Origin: Nitrospirota bacterium
Lineage (GTDB): Bacteria > Nitrospirota > Thermodesulfovibrionia > Thermodesulfovibrionales > UBA9159
Length of the DNA: 64,000 nucleotides
Direction: 5' to 3'
Assembly: GCA_963699545.1 (NCBI GenBank)
Contig: CAVOUE010000005.1
Coordinates: forward strand, 384,001-448,000
The notes beneath the pieces are model-generated. The model saw nothing but the letters and a program-made list of their open reading frames with translations. It searched no databases and was not told where the DNA came from. Position numbers and translations under genes: made by a program. The stretch's first letter is position 1, and each line of letters opens with the position of its first letter. Below, one piece after another: positions 28,851 to 39,747 of this stretch.

Positions 28851-29663
28851 CTATCCTTTTTCTTTTTCACGCTCGGCCCTTCGTGCTGCTTGAACATATT
28901 GTTGGCCCCCGCGCGACGACTCTGGAGATCCCACAATTCCACCGCCGCACAGGGATGGCGCTTTCACGTCTTCCTTCCTGGTGGCTACGTACTCATCGAG
29001 TTTCTGCTTGAGGTTCGGCTTTTCGAGGAAGATATCCCGGACAAGATCACAAGGGTCAAAGGCTTCCACCTGGATTAAGAGAGCATCCCGAATGGATACA
29101 GGGTCTTTCTCCGGGTTTGCGTCCAGCTCTTCAATGAAACGCGTTATGGTCTGTCGAATCTGCTTCTTAAATTCCTCTCTCACTTTTGCCTGAGACTCCA
29201 AAAAACCCCCTTTGATCTCATTGAGCAGTGCCACCATAAGCTCTTTGCCTTCCTCTGCTTCTTGTTCCATCTTCTTCTCACTGCTCTCCATGAGGAGCTT
29301 GTAGAGGGTCATGCGGGCCTGAGATTTAGGGGGGAGCGTTGAGAGCATTTGTCGCCCGTATGTCTTAAGAAAATCAAGCTCCTTCTCTGGCGTCATATTG
29401 GCATTGACGAAATTCTCAAAGTCCATTTCCCCCGGAGCGGTGACAGGCGGCGCGGTAAGCGACTCCTTGTCCGCAGTGTTTATTTTTCTGTTGATCGCGG
29501 GCCGTGAGACGCCCAGGACCACACTTATGTTGCCGTCTGACCATCCCAAGAACGTTTTCAGCCCCCTGAGAAATTCCCGTGGAATGTGTGCTATTGTCCC
29601 GGACGGCTTCACGCCTTTCGCCAGTTCTTTCCACAAGTCGCTCCTGATCCTGCTTTCTTTCAC
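28851..29663 (-). CDS. Hypothetical protein with N-terminal HTH and coiled coil
   Basis: LRGLKTFLGWSDGNISVVLGVSRPAINRKI; GTGA overlap with the upstream ORF. Confidence 0.75.
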   Translation of the reverse strand: MKESRIRSDLWKELAKGVKPSGTIAHIPREFLRGLKTFLGWSDGNISVVLGVSRPAINRKINTADKESLTAPPVTAPGEMDFENFVNANMTPEKELDFLKTYGRQMLSTLPPKSQARMTLYKLLMESSEKKMEQEAEEGKELMVALLNEIKGGFLESQAKVREEFKKQIRQTITRFIEELDANPEKDPVSIRDALLIQVEAFDPCDLVRDIFLEKPNLKQKLDEYVATRKEDVKAPSLCGGGIVGSPESSRGGQQYVQAARRAEREKEKG

Positions 29664-29908
29664 TGGCGTTCCCCCCGTTCTTTCAATCTTTCTTTCACCG
29701 CTTCCGCAAAATACCGCTTAGCCTTCTCCCTGTCACCCATTGCGCAATAAGCGAATAGCAAAGCTGTGATGTACCCGTGCTCGCCTTTTTCCTCTAATGC
29801 CTTTCTACGCCTCGAACTTTCATCGGGATCCATCCGGTGGCTCATCTCCTCACACGCAAGTGTCCAAAACCCTTCACTTGGGCCTTCTACGTCTGTAATT
29901 TCGTTCAA
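29660..29908 (-). CDS. Hypothetical protein (82 aa)
   Basis: TTG start after AAGGAG; stop overlaps the next start. Confidence 0.65.
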   Translation of the reverse strand: MNEITDVEGPSEGFWTLACEEMSHRMDPDESSRRRKALEEKGEHGYITALLFAYCAMGDREKAKRYFAEAVKERLKERGERQ

Positions 29909-29977
29909 AACCGTTCTCCTTTCTGAGCTACAACTGATGTCCGCCTACGGAATAGTTGTATCCGCTTGCGATCTCTA

Positions 29978-30313
29978 TCACGTTGTCTTCGTTTTATAGC
30001 CACCTACCTGCCTCGCTGCTGTGTTGAGATAGGGTTCCAACTTTTCAATGGCTCTCTGGATCGCCTTATCCCATTCAAAACCGTTATACGGGCTTTCATA
30101 GGCCACCACACACAGCTCTTTGAGGATATTTCGGATATCCTCTGCCGGCAAAGGCCCGGTTTCCCCCGGAATAGGGTCACTGTGGGGGCCTGGGGGCTTC
30201 TCAGAAGCGATCTCCCCGGGACAGGTAACATCTGTCGAGCCACAATGCAGACAGGCCGTGGAGCGTTCTGACTGGAAATCAGTGTCACAGTCTGTGCAGT
30301 GCCAGGTCTTCAT
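29978..30313 (-). CDS. Hypothetical protein with N-terminal zinc ribbon
   Basis: CTDC...CLHCGS; GGAGGG RBS; 2 bp after the upstream stop. Confidence 0.7.
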   Translation of the reverse strand: MKTWHCTDCDTDFQSERSTACLHCGSTDVTCPGEIASEKPPGPHSDPIPGETGPLPAEDIRNILKELCVVAYESPYNGFEWDKAIQRAIEKLEPYLNTAARQVGGYKTKTT

Positions 30314-30315
30314 GA

Positions 30316-30666
30316 TTAATCACACCCTCCGAAAGAAAGGCCAAAGGCTCCCTTCAGGAGTGTACACACCTCGCTGACGGCAAGTTGGACTCCATTGAAA
30401 TCATATCCCTCAAGAGAGCCTTCCTTGTCCTCATCGTTTAAAACCGTCCTTACCGTGGTCAGACGGATCAAGGACTCTTGAATCAAAGTCTCTATCCGGC
30501 TTTTAGTATTCAGGTCATCCCTTGATGTCAAGAATCCCCCTACGGATTCCAGTTCACCGCAAACCATCATGCCGATCTTATCCAACCCGCACTTCTCGAC
30601 AACCTCACGGCATACTTTTAAATCCTCATTCTCCGCCTTCTTTTCTACTGCCTTCAAATTTGCCAT
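30316..30666 (-). CDS. Hypothetical protein (116 aa)
   Basis: AGGAGG RBS before ATG 30666 (MANLKAVEKK...). Confidence 0.7.
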   Translation of the reverse strand: MANLKAVEKKAENEDLKVCREVVEKCGLDKIGMMVCGELESVGGFLTSRDDLNTKSRIETLIQESLIRLTTVRTVLNDEDKEGSLEGYDFNGVQLAVSEVCTLLKGAFGLSFGGCD

Positions 30667-30842
30667 GTTAAGCCTCCTTTTTTTGTTGACTGTGAAGTTG
30701 TTGTGAAGTAAACATAGGGGTAAACCTTTCCGTGAGCGAGTGTTGAAATTCCTCAGATTGTGGTAAATTGGGAAAGTCTTGAAATAGAAAGAAAAAGAAA
30801 TAGAGGGAACTATACGGAAAAGGTTGACCCCATCTCGCAGCA

Positions 30843-30897
30843 CCTTGACACGGAAGAGGTCGGCGGTTCGAAACCGCCCGGGCCTACCATTTAAGAT
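30843..30897 (+). repeat. attR core (duplicated tRNA-Val 3' end)
   Basis: Exact 55-bp copy of 20341-20395. Confidence 0.97.
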
Positions 30898-31236
30898 GAC
30901 CTTCGTCTGTTGTTTCTCAGCCTGCCTAAGTGTATCACCTGAAACCATGGGTAAGGGACAGTTCTCTTTAGTGGCATGTCTTTTGAGATCTTCCTGAATT
31001 AGTCGCGCAGGGTTCCGTCTGGCTCGTTAGTGACGAATGTTCACACATTATCAAAGTTGCGTTATCCCTAGCACTGACTCCGACAAATGGTATGAATCCT
31101 ACCCGCGGCAATATTGTATTAAATTATGAATGGTTATTGGCAATTTAAGGTAATCTGTTGGTATATTTGCCGGACAGACACTCTTCGAAATAGAGGGTTG
31201 AAAAATGAAATCTTTTGAGCGTACTATTGAGATAGC

Positions 31237-34200
31237 GTGGAAATCCCTATTATAGAAAAAGATTCTGAACTGAAATTCCCTCATTTTACTGTGCTGAAGG
31301 CGTCCGCAGGCTCAGGCAAGACCCACATGCTCACCAAGAGATTCGTACAGTTCATTCTTTCTGAAAAAATATCGAAGAACAGACTGCGGAATATTCTTGC
31401 AATAACCTTCTCGAACAATGCCGCCAAGGAAATGAGGGAGAAGATCATCGAGTGGCTCAAATTGCTTCATTTCGGCGATCCGGAAAAAACTGAACAAATG
31501 CTTGAGGCGGTCTCGATGGACCGGGAGAAACTGGCGGAGCGGGCCGGCCAGATGGTGGAGGAGATACTCTGGAATTACGCTGATTTTGAGGTGAGGACCA
31601 TAGACAGCTTCATGACATCGATCTTCAAGACTTCCGCCATCGACTTTGGATTCAATACTGAGTTCGATATCCTTATGAACAATGATGCGCTCATGGAATA
31701 CTCTTTTGATTTGTTCTTGAGGGGCGTCCGGGAGGGCACGCAAGAGACAGAACTCCTTCTCAGTATAGTCTCAGCGATCCAGGAAGGGAAACAGGGCCAG
31801 GAAGCCTATATGTGGGACCCGTCATCAGCACTCCTTGAAGAAGTGAAAAGCCTCTACGGAAAACTCTCGGCAACCGGCAAGAACCCTATGATAGAGGACT
31901 ACTCAGGAGCCTTTGACGATATAAAAAATGAGATAAGAACTGCCATCGACGGCCTTGAAAAAGTGGTCCTCAAGTCAGGGCTCGGAAAACGGGCAAACTC
32001 TTCTTTCAGAGGCGGTCCTCGATCTCGTGAGGGAGGGAAGGTTCGCGGACCTGATCGGAAAAGGGCTTAAGAACCCACCTGTCAATAAGCCGGGGAAAGG
32101 CCAATCAGCCCTTCAGACCTCATTCGATCAGATTGTCGGACAGTGGGAGAACGCCTGCAGTCTTATCAACAAATACATTGCCCTCCGCGTCCGGTCCCGT
32201 TCCATGCCGTATCTCAAGGTATATGAATCTTTCAGAGAAATCGTCGAATCCGTCAAGAGACGTCAGGGCAAGGTATTCATCGAAGACATAAGCAGAAATC
32301 TTGCCGAATACCTTAACGAGGAAATCGTCCCGGACATCTATTTCAGGATCGGAGAGACAATCTACCACTTCCTGATCGACGAATTCCAGGACACTTCCCT
32401 CATTCAATGGCACAACCTTTTCCCCCTTTTCGAGAACGCTCTGTCTCAGGGTGGAAGCCTCTTCGTCGTAGGCGACACCAAACAGGCAATCTACGGCTTC
32501 CGCAACGCCGACTACACGATCATGAGAGAGTCCGAGCGCACCAACCCCTTCCCTTCCGCCAGGCATTACGTAAAGGAACTTACGACAAGTCGCAGAAGCC
32601 TCAAGAAGATCCTTGACTTCAATGAGAAGGTATTCAAGGAGATCGTGGCGGGAAATGACAAATACAAGGAGGCAGGGACCAGAAGCGGGCTGACCGACTA
32701 CGTCCAATGCGCCAGAGATGGCAGCTCCCAGGGATACTGCGAAGTGGTGCTGCAGGAAAGGGATGACGAAACCCCTCCAGAGCGGCGCGTCATACAGGAC
32801 CTTGTCGCAGAACTTAGATCGCGAGGGTTCAGCTATGGCGACATAGCCATACTGACCCGGAGAAATGAAGACGTCGTAAAGACCACCCTTTGGCTGAACG
32901 AGAAGAACATCGACTTCATTTCTTACAGCAACCTCGACATACGGAGAAGGAAGATAACCGGCGAGATAGTCGCGCTTCTGAACTTCCTTGATTCGCCCAT
33001 GGATGACCTCTCTTTTTCTACCTTCATAAACGGAGAGATCTTCGGCGCCTTGCTGCGTACGGACCATCCTGAGATCACTCCGGAGAGACTCGGGGAGTTC
33101 CTCTTTGGATATAGAGAGAGCCCTCCACTCTACAAGTCCTTCCAGAAAGAGTTCTCTCTTCTATGGGAGAAATACTTCGCCGGCCTTTTCAAGGCCTCAG
33201 GATATTTCCCGATCTACGACCTTGTGACAGAGGCTTACGCTGTCTTCAGGGTCTTTGAGACACTGGGGGACGAGGAGGCAGCACTTGTGAAGATCCTCGA
33301 AGCGGTCAAGGAGTTCGAGGGGGCCGGATACAACAGCATCAGGGACTTCCTTGACTTCGCAGGCGACAGCGACAGCGGCGAGTCAGAGTGGAATATGGAC
33401 GTCCCCAAGACCCTGGACGCTGTCAAAGTGATGACGATTCACAAGGCAAAGGGCCTCGGATTCCCCGCAGTCATTGTCCTTCTCTATGAAGGCCGGAACA
33501 GGGGGTTTGACTACATCATAGAGGAGGAAGAAGATGGGGTGCGGCTGCTCAAGATCAACAAGAAGACCATGGTCAGCGATCCCACTTTCGAGAGGCTCTA
33601 TGAAGAGGAAGCGACAAAGGAAAATGTGAACAGGCTCAATAGCCTGTACGTCGGATTCACGCGGGCAAAAGAAGAGCTCTACGTAATCGGCGTAAAGGGC
33701 AGAAGCGAGACATTTCCGTTCGATCTCCTTCCCGCAAGCGACTTTGCAGCCACGGTAAAACCTGACAGATGTGACATTCCTGCCGCAAAATCTTCTGAGG
33801 TCTTCAGTGTAAGACATCACCCTAAGCAGATAGAGGCAGAGGTCAGAACGGACGAGATGATCAGCGTCGGAGAGAGAGCGAGGGGAGAATTCATCCACAG
33901 GGTTCTTTACCACGTCGAATATCTGCACGATGACATGGAAAGCGTGCTTGAGGACATCATCAGAAGAGTCACTTCCGAAACAGCATCAGAGTCAGCCGCA
34001 GAGGGAGTAAAAAAGCTTCTTCTTCGCCTCTTCGGACGCAAGGAGATAGCGACCTACTTCGAACCCCGTCCCGGGAGAGAGGTGAAAAGGGAGCAGGAAT
34101 TCTCGGATGAAGAGGGACATCTCTTCAGGATGGACAGAGTCGTGATCGACCCGGACAGGGTTACGATCTTGGATTTCAAGACCGGGGGAGAAGGTTGGGC

Positions 34201-34321
34201 TGATGAGAAATACAGGGCACAAATGAGAAAATATATGAAGATCGCGAAGGACATTTATCCCGGTAGACGCCTGGAAGGCAGGATCGTTTATATAGACCTC
34301 GGAGAGATCAGGACATTATGA
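31237..34321 (+). CDS. AddA-like UvrD helicase-nuclease; apparent frameshift near 32008
   Basis: ASAGSGKT, AITFSNNAAKEM, LIDEFQDTS, VGDTKQAIYGFR, MTIHKAKGL, YVGFTRAK and C-terminal RMDRV...ILDFKTG nuclease motif, across two ORFs. Confidence 0.9.
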
Positions 34322-37158
34322 CCAACACGCTGATCATAGGCCCACAGGAAAACCTCATCGAGAGGACAGCAAGCCTTATAGGCCCTCAAGGGAAAGACTA
34401 CTCTCACAACCTTGTCGTGTTTCCGGGCAGAAGACCGGCGCATTTCCTTCGAAGGGAGTTAGCACAAAGGGGAAAGGGTAGCTTCATACCTCCCTTAATT
34501 CTGTCCATGGACGGATTCATGGATTACGTTACGGAAGCCGTACACCCCGTGAGGAGTGTGGAGACAGTCGATGCCATTGCCATCCTCTACCAGATCCACA
34601 GGAGCGCCCCGGAACCCCTCGGTGGAGAAAGCTTCCTCACCCTCGATAGTTTCTTTTCTCTTGGAATAAAGCTTTTCACGGACATTGAGGAGCTCTATAT
34701 TGAGGGGGTGCCTCCTGCCATGGTAAAGGAAATCCAGCCCTTCACTGATGAAATGATACCCAAGCATGCACTGGCGAGGCTGCAATCACTTCATTTCTTC
34801 TACAAGACCTTTTACGAGAAGATTTCCCAATTGGGTATGGCGACAAGATCCATGAGATACCGCATGGCAGCGGAGAAGATCCTCGAAAGCGGCATTGACA
34901 GGTTTGAAAAGGTGATATTCGCGGGATTCTATGCGTTGACCAGGTGCGAGAAGGATCTCTTCAGGAAGCTGCTACCGAGCGAAAAAGTAATCTTCATATT
35001 CCAGGATGGTCCTGGTCTGGGAGAGCGATTGTCGGAACTGGGAATAGAGACCGGGGATGCCCAACCCTCTCATCCTGAACCGGAAATCCATTTTTACAGC
35101 AGCCCCGATACCCATGGCCAGGTCTTCGCCCTTGGAAGCATTCTCAAGAGAAAACTCGGAGAAGAAAGGATTGCCCGACGAAAAAACTACAATAGTACTG
35201 CCGTCTGCGGAGACCCTCTTCCCCCTTCTCCGGCAGGGGATGACATGTATAGACAAGGACGACTTCAACATTTCTCTCGGATATCCATTGCACAGGACGC
35301 CGGTCTTCGGCTTTCTTAATAATCTCATGGAATTGACTGGTTCCATGGAAGATGACCGTATTTACGTCCCTGACTATATGAAGTTCATACTGCACCCGTA
35401 CATGAAGAATATTTACTACAAGGGAAACGCCGAGATCACGAGGATTATGTTTCACACCATAGAGGAGATACTCCAAGAATCCAGGACCAGGATGTTCGCA
35501 ACACTGTCGGAGATAGAAAACAACGAAAAGATACTCAACGGCATCACTGAAAAGCTTCGCCAGGAAGAAGAAGGCATGACCAGGGCGGAGATTCAGGGAA
35601 CACTATAAGGATGGTCCATCTCAACACAATTGAGAAATTTCTGTCCTTCAGGGATATCGGGGACTTCGCCGCAAAATGCACCGAACTTCTCACCTTTGTC
35701 TTCAACAACAGTACGGCCACGACTTCATCCCCTCTTCTACCCTTTTTCGGAGTCCTTCATAAGAGCCTTGGACACAGTCTCCAAATCCTTGATGAAGGAC
35801 ATGTCGTTCACGGATAGGACAAGCTATTTCACATTTTTTAGAAAATACATTATGACGGGTCACGTGCCCTTTCCCGGCACTCCTCTTAAGGGTATCCAGA
35901 TCCTCGGTTTCCTTGAAACGAGAAACATCAGGTTTGACACTGTTTTTATTCTCGATGCTAATGAAGAGGTGATCCCAGACACCTCCAAAGAAGATACGCT
36001 TCTGCCTTTCAAGGCACGAGAAATCCTGAAACTGCCGACCTATCTGGACAGGGACAAGCTGTCGGCCTACTATTTCGACAATCTCGTAAGAGGCGCAAAG
36101 GATGTCCACATTTTCTTTGTAGAGAATGATACGCAGGGAGAGATCACGCTTCGTAGAAAGTCTCCTATGGGAAAGACAGAAAAGGGACAGATCTACCAGG
36201 GCAAGTGACTATGTGCAGGCTGTCCAGTACAGGGTCAAGCTCGGGAACGATACCCCCGCCGGCATTCCTAAAACCGACAGGGTAGTCAGCTTCTTGAAAG
36301 ATTTCACATACAGTGCCACGGCCCTTGACACATATCTCGATTGCCCGCTTCAGTTCTACTACAGCTACGTACTTGATCTCGGGAAAAAGGAGGAGATCAC
36401 AGGGGAAATCGAAAGAGCCGATGTCGGCAAGTTCGTCCACCGCGTCCTTTCATCATATTTCTCAAAAAGGCTGAATAGAGTTCTAAAAGAAGCGGATATC
36501 GACTTGGAGGAGATGGACAGATTTGATCGATGATCTTTTCGGCAGGGAATACGGCGATAACCCTACCGGAGCCGTATACCTTCTGAAAGCCCAGATCAAA
36601 GAACATCTTAGAGACTATCTCAGCAAGTACCGCATACCTCTTATCAAAGAGAAGAAAGTGACGATTATCGGAGTGGAAGAGCCTATCGAAGCGACTCTAA
36701 ACTCCTACAAGCTCAAAGGTCGGCTGGACGTAGTCGAAAAAAGAGATGGCAATATCTGCATAGTTGATTATAAAAGCGGTTCCTATGCAAAGAACCTAAA
36801 GATCAACTTCAACAAGCTTGATCCTGACAGCAGGGCTTCCTGGGATGAAGCGATCGGAAGCCTCCAGCTTCCTTTTTATCTCATTCTGTACTCTGAGCGC
36901 CACGGCATAAAAATAGAGGACCTGAGAGGAATGTTTTTGCTCCTTGGCCGGTCCTTGATAAACAAAGAGATTGAACTTCCTTTGTTCGATACAGACGATG
37001 AGAGTTCGAAGTTCGACGGATTAAGAACAGTAATTTTGGGTCTTCTGGAAGAGATAGTTGACTCGGCGATCCCGTTTGTCGCCACTTCGAATAGAAAGAA
37101 CAGTTGCCCGAAGTGCGACTTCCAGTACATTTGCGGAACACAATGGGTAACTGGTTAG
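34318..37158 (+). CDS. AddB-like PD-(D/E)XK nuclease; about five apparent frameshifts
   Basis: Consecutive ORF pieces give VVFPGRR, QILGFLETR, YSATALDTYLDCPLQFYY, GRLDVVE...IVDYKSG, QLPFY and CPKCDFQYIC; ATGA overlap with addA. Confidence 0.82.
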
Positions 37159-37450
37159 ATTTCAGGAAGTTCTCCTGCGTGATGGCGTTTCTGGGGAGGC
37201 CAGCGGGCTCATATTAACAGAAGTTCCTTCCAAGGAACAACCGGGGGATATCATGCACCGAATGCCCGGCTTGCATTCATTACAGCTTATTCTTGCATCC
37301 ATGAAGGAACTGGCAGACAAGGGAACCCATTCGCCCGCTGCCGTGGGTCATGCAGACCCGGCCTGTTCACTGGAAACTCCCGCCTCTTCCCCCTTTTCGG
37401 CATTGTTGCGGACCTCCTGGAATTCATATATAATGGTCATCAAGGTGGGC

Positions 37451-38779
37451 ATGGCGGGTTCGAAACCATACAAAGAAGGCACGATTGAGTCCATTAAGAA
37501 AAAGATCCGCATCGTAAACTCACTAGTGTTGCTCGTCATCTTTGTCCTCCTCTTTGTAATCGTCAGGTTCACGTATTCATTCCTTGATTACGTCCCCTCA
37601 CAGTCCCTGATTACCCTCCTGTCCATCACTGCAGGCCTGATTTTCCTCGGCATTCTTCTGATAAGAAATGCGTCAAGGAATGCGATCAAAGCGATAGAAG
37701 ATTACAGCCATACGTTGACAACCCTCCTTGCTACCGCAAAAAATGTGCACGAGATAGCCCATAGTGACACGCTCCTGGACAATATCATGGATGTTTCTCT
37801 TGATATTACCGGTGCGGATGCGGGCTCCATCCTCCTCCGTGAAGGGGAGGACCTTGTTTTCAAGATAGTGAAGGGAGGTGCATCAAAAGAACTCCCCAGA
37901 TTATCATCCCCCAGGTCTGAGGGTATCGCGGGCTGGGTGCTGGACAACGGCAGTCCCGTAAGGATCGAAGATGCAAAAAACGACAGCAGGTTCGCTCCCT
38001 CAGTGGACAGGATAGCCGATCATGATACGAAGTCGCTGCTCTGCGTCCCCCTGCGCCTGAACACGGGAATCATCGGGGTGCTGGAGCTGGTGAACAAGAA
38101 AGAAGGCACCTTTACGCAGGAGGATGAGGAGTTCATTTCGTACTTCGCCGAGCAGGCCGCCGTATCCATCGAAAGGACAAGGTTTGCTGAGGATGAGAAG
38201 AACTATCAGATCTATCTTACCAAGATTCTCATCGATGCCATGGAGAATAGGCCTGAAAAACAAGGACATTCCAGGCGGGTTGCAAAATACACTAATTTGA
38301 TGGCCCATGCCCTGAACATGACGGAGTCCGAGAAAAAGAGGTTGTACCAGGCATCCCTGCTCCATGATATCGGCTTCCTGAAGATCGGACATGACGTGGT
38401 ATCCATTGAGGAATTTCAGAGACACCCCCGTCTTGCATACGAAATGCTTCAGCCGATCAATTTTTACGCGGATATCGCGCCCATCATTCTCTATCATCAT
38501 GAGCGATATGACGGCGGCGGATACCCCACGGGGCTGAAAGGAGAGTCGATTCCCCTGGAGTCGAGGATGATCTGTATCGCTGAAGCATTTGACGCAATAG
38601 TGAGCGGCAACTCATATAAGATCGTCGGCAAAGTGATCCTTCAGAACGTGGAGCCCGCGGTCACTGGATTTCAACATGCCCTTGATGAATTGAGAGAGAA
38701 TGCCGATACGCAGTTCGATCCCGAACTGGCGGATATCTTCCTGACGAACATCAGTGAAGAGTATGCTGAACTAACGTAG
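37451..38779 (+). CDS. Membrane GAF / HD-GYP phosphodiesterase
   Basis: Two TM helices, GAF (SLLCVPL...IGVLELVNK), HSRRVA, LLHDIG, HHERYDGGGYP. Confidence 0.9.
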   Translation: MAGSKPYKEGTIESIKKKIRIVNSLVLLVIFVLLFVIVRFTYSFLDYVPSQSLITLLSITAGLIFLGILLIRNASRNAIKAIEDYSHTLTTLLATAKNVHEIAHSDTLLDNIMDVSLDITGADAGSILLREGEDLVFKIVKGGASKELPRLSSPRSEGIAGWVLDNGSPVRIEDAKNDSRFAPSVDRIADHDTKSLLCVPLRLNTGIIGVLELVNKKEGTFTQEDEEFISYFAEQAAVSIERTRFAEDEKNYQIYLTKILIDAMENRPEKQGHSRRVAKYTNLMAHALNMTESEKKRLYQASLLHDIGFLKIGHDVVSIEEFQRHPRLAYEMLQPINFYADIAPIILYHHERYDGGGYPTGLKGESIPLESRMICIAEAFDAIVSGNSYKIVGKVILQNVEPAVTGFQHALDELRENADTQFDPELADIFLTNISEEYAELT

Positions 38780-38906
38780 CCCCTTCTGAGTCCTCCTCCT
38801 TCGAAAATCTTCCTCTTTTTTTGCAGATCTGCTAAAGCGGAGGGTTTTTTCTCAGTTTTGCGAAAGCGAGCTTCCTGGAAAGTATTTAAAAACAATGGAA
38901 TTGAGC

Positions 38907-38922
38907 TGGCATGGAACCTGCT
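38907..38922 (+). promoter_or_regulatory. Sigma54 (-24/-12) promoter
   Basis: TGGCATGGAACCTGCT = GG-N10-GC, about 40 nt before ATG 38962. Confidence 0.7.
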
Positions 38923-38961
38923 TTGTATAGTAATGAAGTCAAAAGGAAGGAGGACAAGGAG

Positions 38962-39276
38962 ATGAAAAAAGAGATGGCAAGAAAGATGGCATACATAGGG
39001 GCAGGTGCAGGACTGGTGCTTTTTGCGGTAGTGGGGCTGCTGCCCGGTTCTTTTCTTGGCGGAGTAGTGGGGTTGAACATAGCGGGGAGCCTTTTTGGGA
39101 TGCCGGTGAGTTCGGCGCTTGTGCCGAGACTGATCGTAGGCATATCGATGCTTATGGGAGTACTGGTATCAGGCATCATCTTCATATCGGGCGCAACAGT
39201 GGCAGGCTGGCTTATCGGGTATGTGATTGATACTTTGACGGCAGGCAAGACAGTGACCGCAGAGGTCAAGAAATAG
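38962..39276 (+). CDS. Small Gly-rich membrane protein
   Basis: AGGAGG RBS; 104 aa, almost wholly hydrophobic, GLLPGSFLGG. Confidence 0.85.
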   Translation: MKKEMARKMAYIGAGAGLVLFAVVGLLPGSFLGGVVGLNIAGSLFGMPVSSALVPRLIVGISMLMGVLVSGIIFISGATVAGWLIGYVIDTLTAGKTVTAEVKK

Positions 39277-39330
39277 ATACGGAGTACTCCGGGATACCCG
39301 GAGAGGAATATTAATAAGGAGGGCAAGACG

Positions 39331-39666
39331 ATGAAAGCAAGGAAAGAGATGGTAAGGATGGGGACGAAGGTGGGAGCAGTACTGGGAGGGATCGCATTTC
39401 TGGCATTCGGGATCGTACCGGGGTTTTACTTTGGCAGTTACGGGACGCTGGTACTTCTGAACCACCTGTTCGGAGGGCCGCTGGAGGCATCAGTGCTGGT
39501 GAGGGTAGCGGTGGCAATGGGAGTGCTGGTAGGTATCACCTGCATAGCATCGGTGACCATCGTGGTGGGAGCCATATTCGGGACGATGGTGGGCTATCTG
39601 ACCGAGGCGCTCTCAAGCGCCGGTGCGAAGGCCCCTGCAGAGGAAGCACACGTCAAGGCTGAATAA
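39331..39666 (+). CDS. Small Gly-rich membrane protein, distant paralog of the upstream gene
   Basis: AAGGAGG RBS; GIVPGFYFGS / LFGGP / VR align with GLLPGSFLGG / LFGMP / PR. Confidence 0.85.
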   Translation: MKARKEMVRMGTKVGAVLGGIAFLAFGIVPGFYFGSYGTLVLLNHLFGGPLEASVLVRVAVAMGVLVGITCIASVTIVVGAIFGTMVGYLTEALSSAGAKAPAEEAHVKAE

Positions 39667-39691
39667 CCTTCCGCGTACCGATAACAACCGT

Positions 39692-39738
39692 CCGAAAGGA
39701 GAGGCCCTCGCCTCTCCCTTCGGTTACTTGTTTTTTTT
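39692..39738 (+). terminator. Probable intrinsic terminator
   Basis: CCGAAAGGAGAGGC-cctc-GCCTCTCCCTTCGG followed by a T-rich tract. Confidence 0.55.
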
Positions 39739-39747
39739 GGGGGAGAT

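Larger units (their letters stand above)
20341..30897. mobile_element. tRNA-Val-integrated element (10,502 bp, satellite/IME-like)
   Basis: 55-bp direct repeat at both ends, tyrosine integrase next to the tRNA, all genes on the minus strand, several AT-richer ORFs. Confidence 0.95.

Noticed and set aside
28851-29663. Possible small terminase subunit
   Set aside because: HTH plus coiled coil is compatible but not diagnostic; no supporting motif or packaging genes.
20403-30666. Alternative genetic code (TAA or TAG reassignment) in the element
   Set aside because: TAA ends the integrase, both XRE genes, the excisionase and others at sensible positions; only two TAG ends exist, too few to support recoding.
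30843-30889. Second tRNA-Val gene
   Set aside because: Only the 3' half is present (no 5' acceptor strand or D arm); it is the attR duplication.
30667-30948. N-terminal extension of ORF 30316-30948 across attR
   Set aside because: It crosses the att repeat into host DNA; a strong RBS supports ATG 30666 instead.
31990-36530. Programmed frameshifting in addA/addB (and leuA, mlaE)
   Set aside because: No consistent slippery motif or stimulatory structure; similar breaks are scattered through unrelated genes.
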